A stretch of 64,000 nt of DNA. Source: Selaginella moellendorffii. Its lineage: Eukaryota > Plantae > Lycopodiophyta. Each line of letters begins with the position of its first letter. The stretch's first letter is position 1. The stretch covers positions 3,402,880-3,466,879 of the forward strand of contig NW_003314261.1 of assembly GCF_000143415.4 (NCBI RefSeq), in the 5' to 3' direction. Shown piece by piece: positions 62,745 to 64,000 of this stretch. The translations under genes and the position numbers were made by a program. The notes under the pieces are model-generated. The model saw only the letters and a list, made by a program, of their open reading frames with translations. It was not told the DNA's origin and did no database searches.

Positions 62745-64000
62745 TTACGATGAACTCCGGCATGAGCAATAGATTTCGGTTCTCATCGCGTCGATGGCTG
62801 CGTGATCCTGCGTGTATCGCTCAGGCCCCAGATACACGCCACACTTTTCCAGCAGCGCCACGGACGCCGGCTTCCCAAAGCAGGAAGCGTAGAGATTGAG
62901 ATACTCCAAGTCCTGTCACCATCAAAAAAACGAAGCTTGATTGCCTTTTTTTCTTTCGTGAACTTTGTACCTGGAGTCCACTTAGAACTCTTTCGAGGCG
63001 TACTGAAGAAACCGGCTCACTGCTGCCTGGGGTGAAAACTTCCCCGGGATAGAACAAAACGCCATCTCCGGGAGGCAAGCCCCGACGGAAACGTATCTGG
63101 AGGAAGACAAAGCACACTTTTTATGGTCAGGCACTGAAAGATGATGCTCTACAAACCTCAGCAGCAGGACAGAGTGATTTCTCGTAGCAATTCGTACCCC
63201 AGTAAAGGAATCCCGAGCCTCCTTCTTTCCACGCTCGCCAGAGAACCCCACGGTGTTGCGTACCTCGCATTCCAAGGTGCCAGTTTGGGTGAGGATCAGA
63301 CGGCCCCATACAAACGTAAGTCCACCATTCCTGAAGACAAGTACAGTGTTTCTATTGAACTCAAGTACGCAGTCAAGACTTTACCTCGCGTTGATCGGGT
63401 TGCAATTCCGCTACGATTTCTTTGACCAGGTCCTCGCGACCTCCCAACACCCATTCACTGCGAGACAAAGCATGGATCTTTTTAATGTGTAAAACGTGAA
63501 ACATTGCTACCTCGTGCAAAATATTTGCGTATGAGGCCGTAGAAACGATGGAACTTTTATAAACGCCTCAAAACTCCCAGGTGGATATTGCACGTCGCTT
63601 GGACCTGGTAAAACAGATGCTCGAATCAGTAGAAGACTAGGAAACCAAATACCAGAATAATAAGTCGTTAAAATTCGAGAGTTTGGCGCAATTGACCTGA
63701 TCTCTTCTGACATTGTTCGGATAAAATCGTATTGGTCCGAGCTCAAAGGCTGCCAAAAAAGTGGCCAGTACAAACGTCAACCCACAGTTGTTCGTTACAA
63801 TACCTCGTCCCACAAATAAAAATATGACTTCCGCCAGTGCTCTTTTGTGCTTAGAATTTCGATCTCCCTTGTCACGAGATCCTTGACTGCATTGGAGCTG
63901 TCACATAGCGTAGCACCTCACAAAGGCATAAACATCGTTAGGCTTACTTGGAAAGAACAGGAGCATAAGGAACAGCATAGGCTGCAAGCCTTGGATCCGA
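62745..64000 (-). CDS. DUF4091 / GH123-like glycoside hydrolase homolog, 5'-partial
   Basis: YFYLWDE; WTYVCMGP; GSGFLYWGTNCY; PGDGVLFYPG; SSVRLERVLSGLQ|DLEYL; stop at 62745. Confidence 0.75.

Overview
Gene-dense plant nuclear DNA with very short (about 50-70 nt) introns and tiny intergenic spaces. The intron style, a radial-spoke (RSP11/ropporin-like) gene and a monofunctional CPS suggest a seed-free land plant with flagellated sperm, most likely the lycophyte Selaginella (inference). Layout: XTH and patatin genes (1-3.2 kb); disrupted orphan ORFs (3.4-5.5 kb); a ~19 kb AT-rich island of decayed transposons (about 5.9-25 kb) with Ty3/gypsy elements, a chromovirus and LINE-like remnants; then ~39 kb of tightly packed genes. 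These are a kinase-less CRINKLY4-type ectodomain protein, glutaredoxin, a 4x tRNA-Phe pseudogene array, an orphan gene, XPG/UVH3, ClpP3, CER3, EMC4, a SET-MYND methyltransferase, an ATL RING-H2 ligase, ent-CPS, a TraB-family gene, a BRUTUS-like ligase, a bHLH, RSP11, a GDSL lipase and a DUF4091 protein. Two observations stand out. (1) The XPG C-terminal tail carries three GGGFI(L/A)ED motifs matching the ERCC1-binding peptide of XPA, a protein plants lack. (2) The chromovirus 3' UTR looks like a >1 kb highly structured RNA, supported by many compensatory base-pair changes between two copies in this window. Exon boundaries and alignments were done by eye, so coordinates are approximate.
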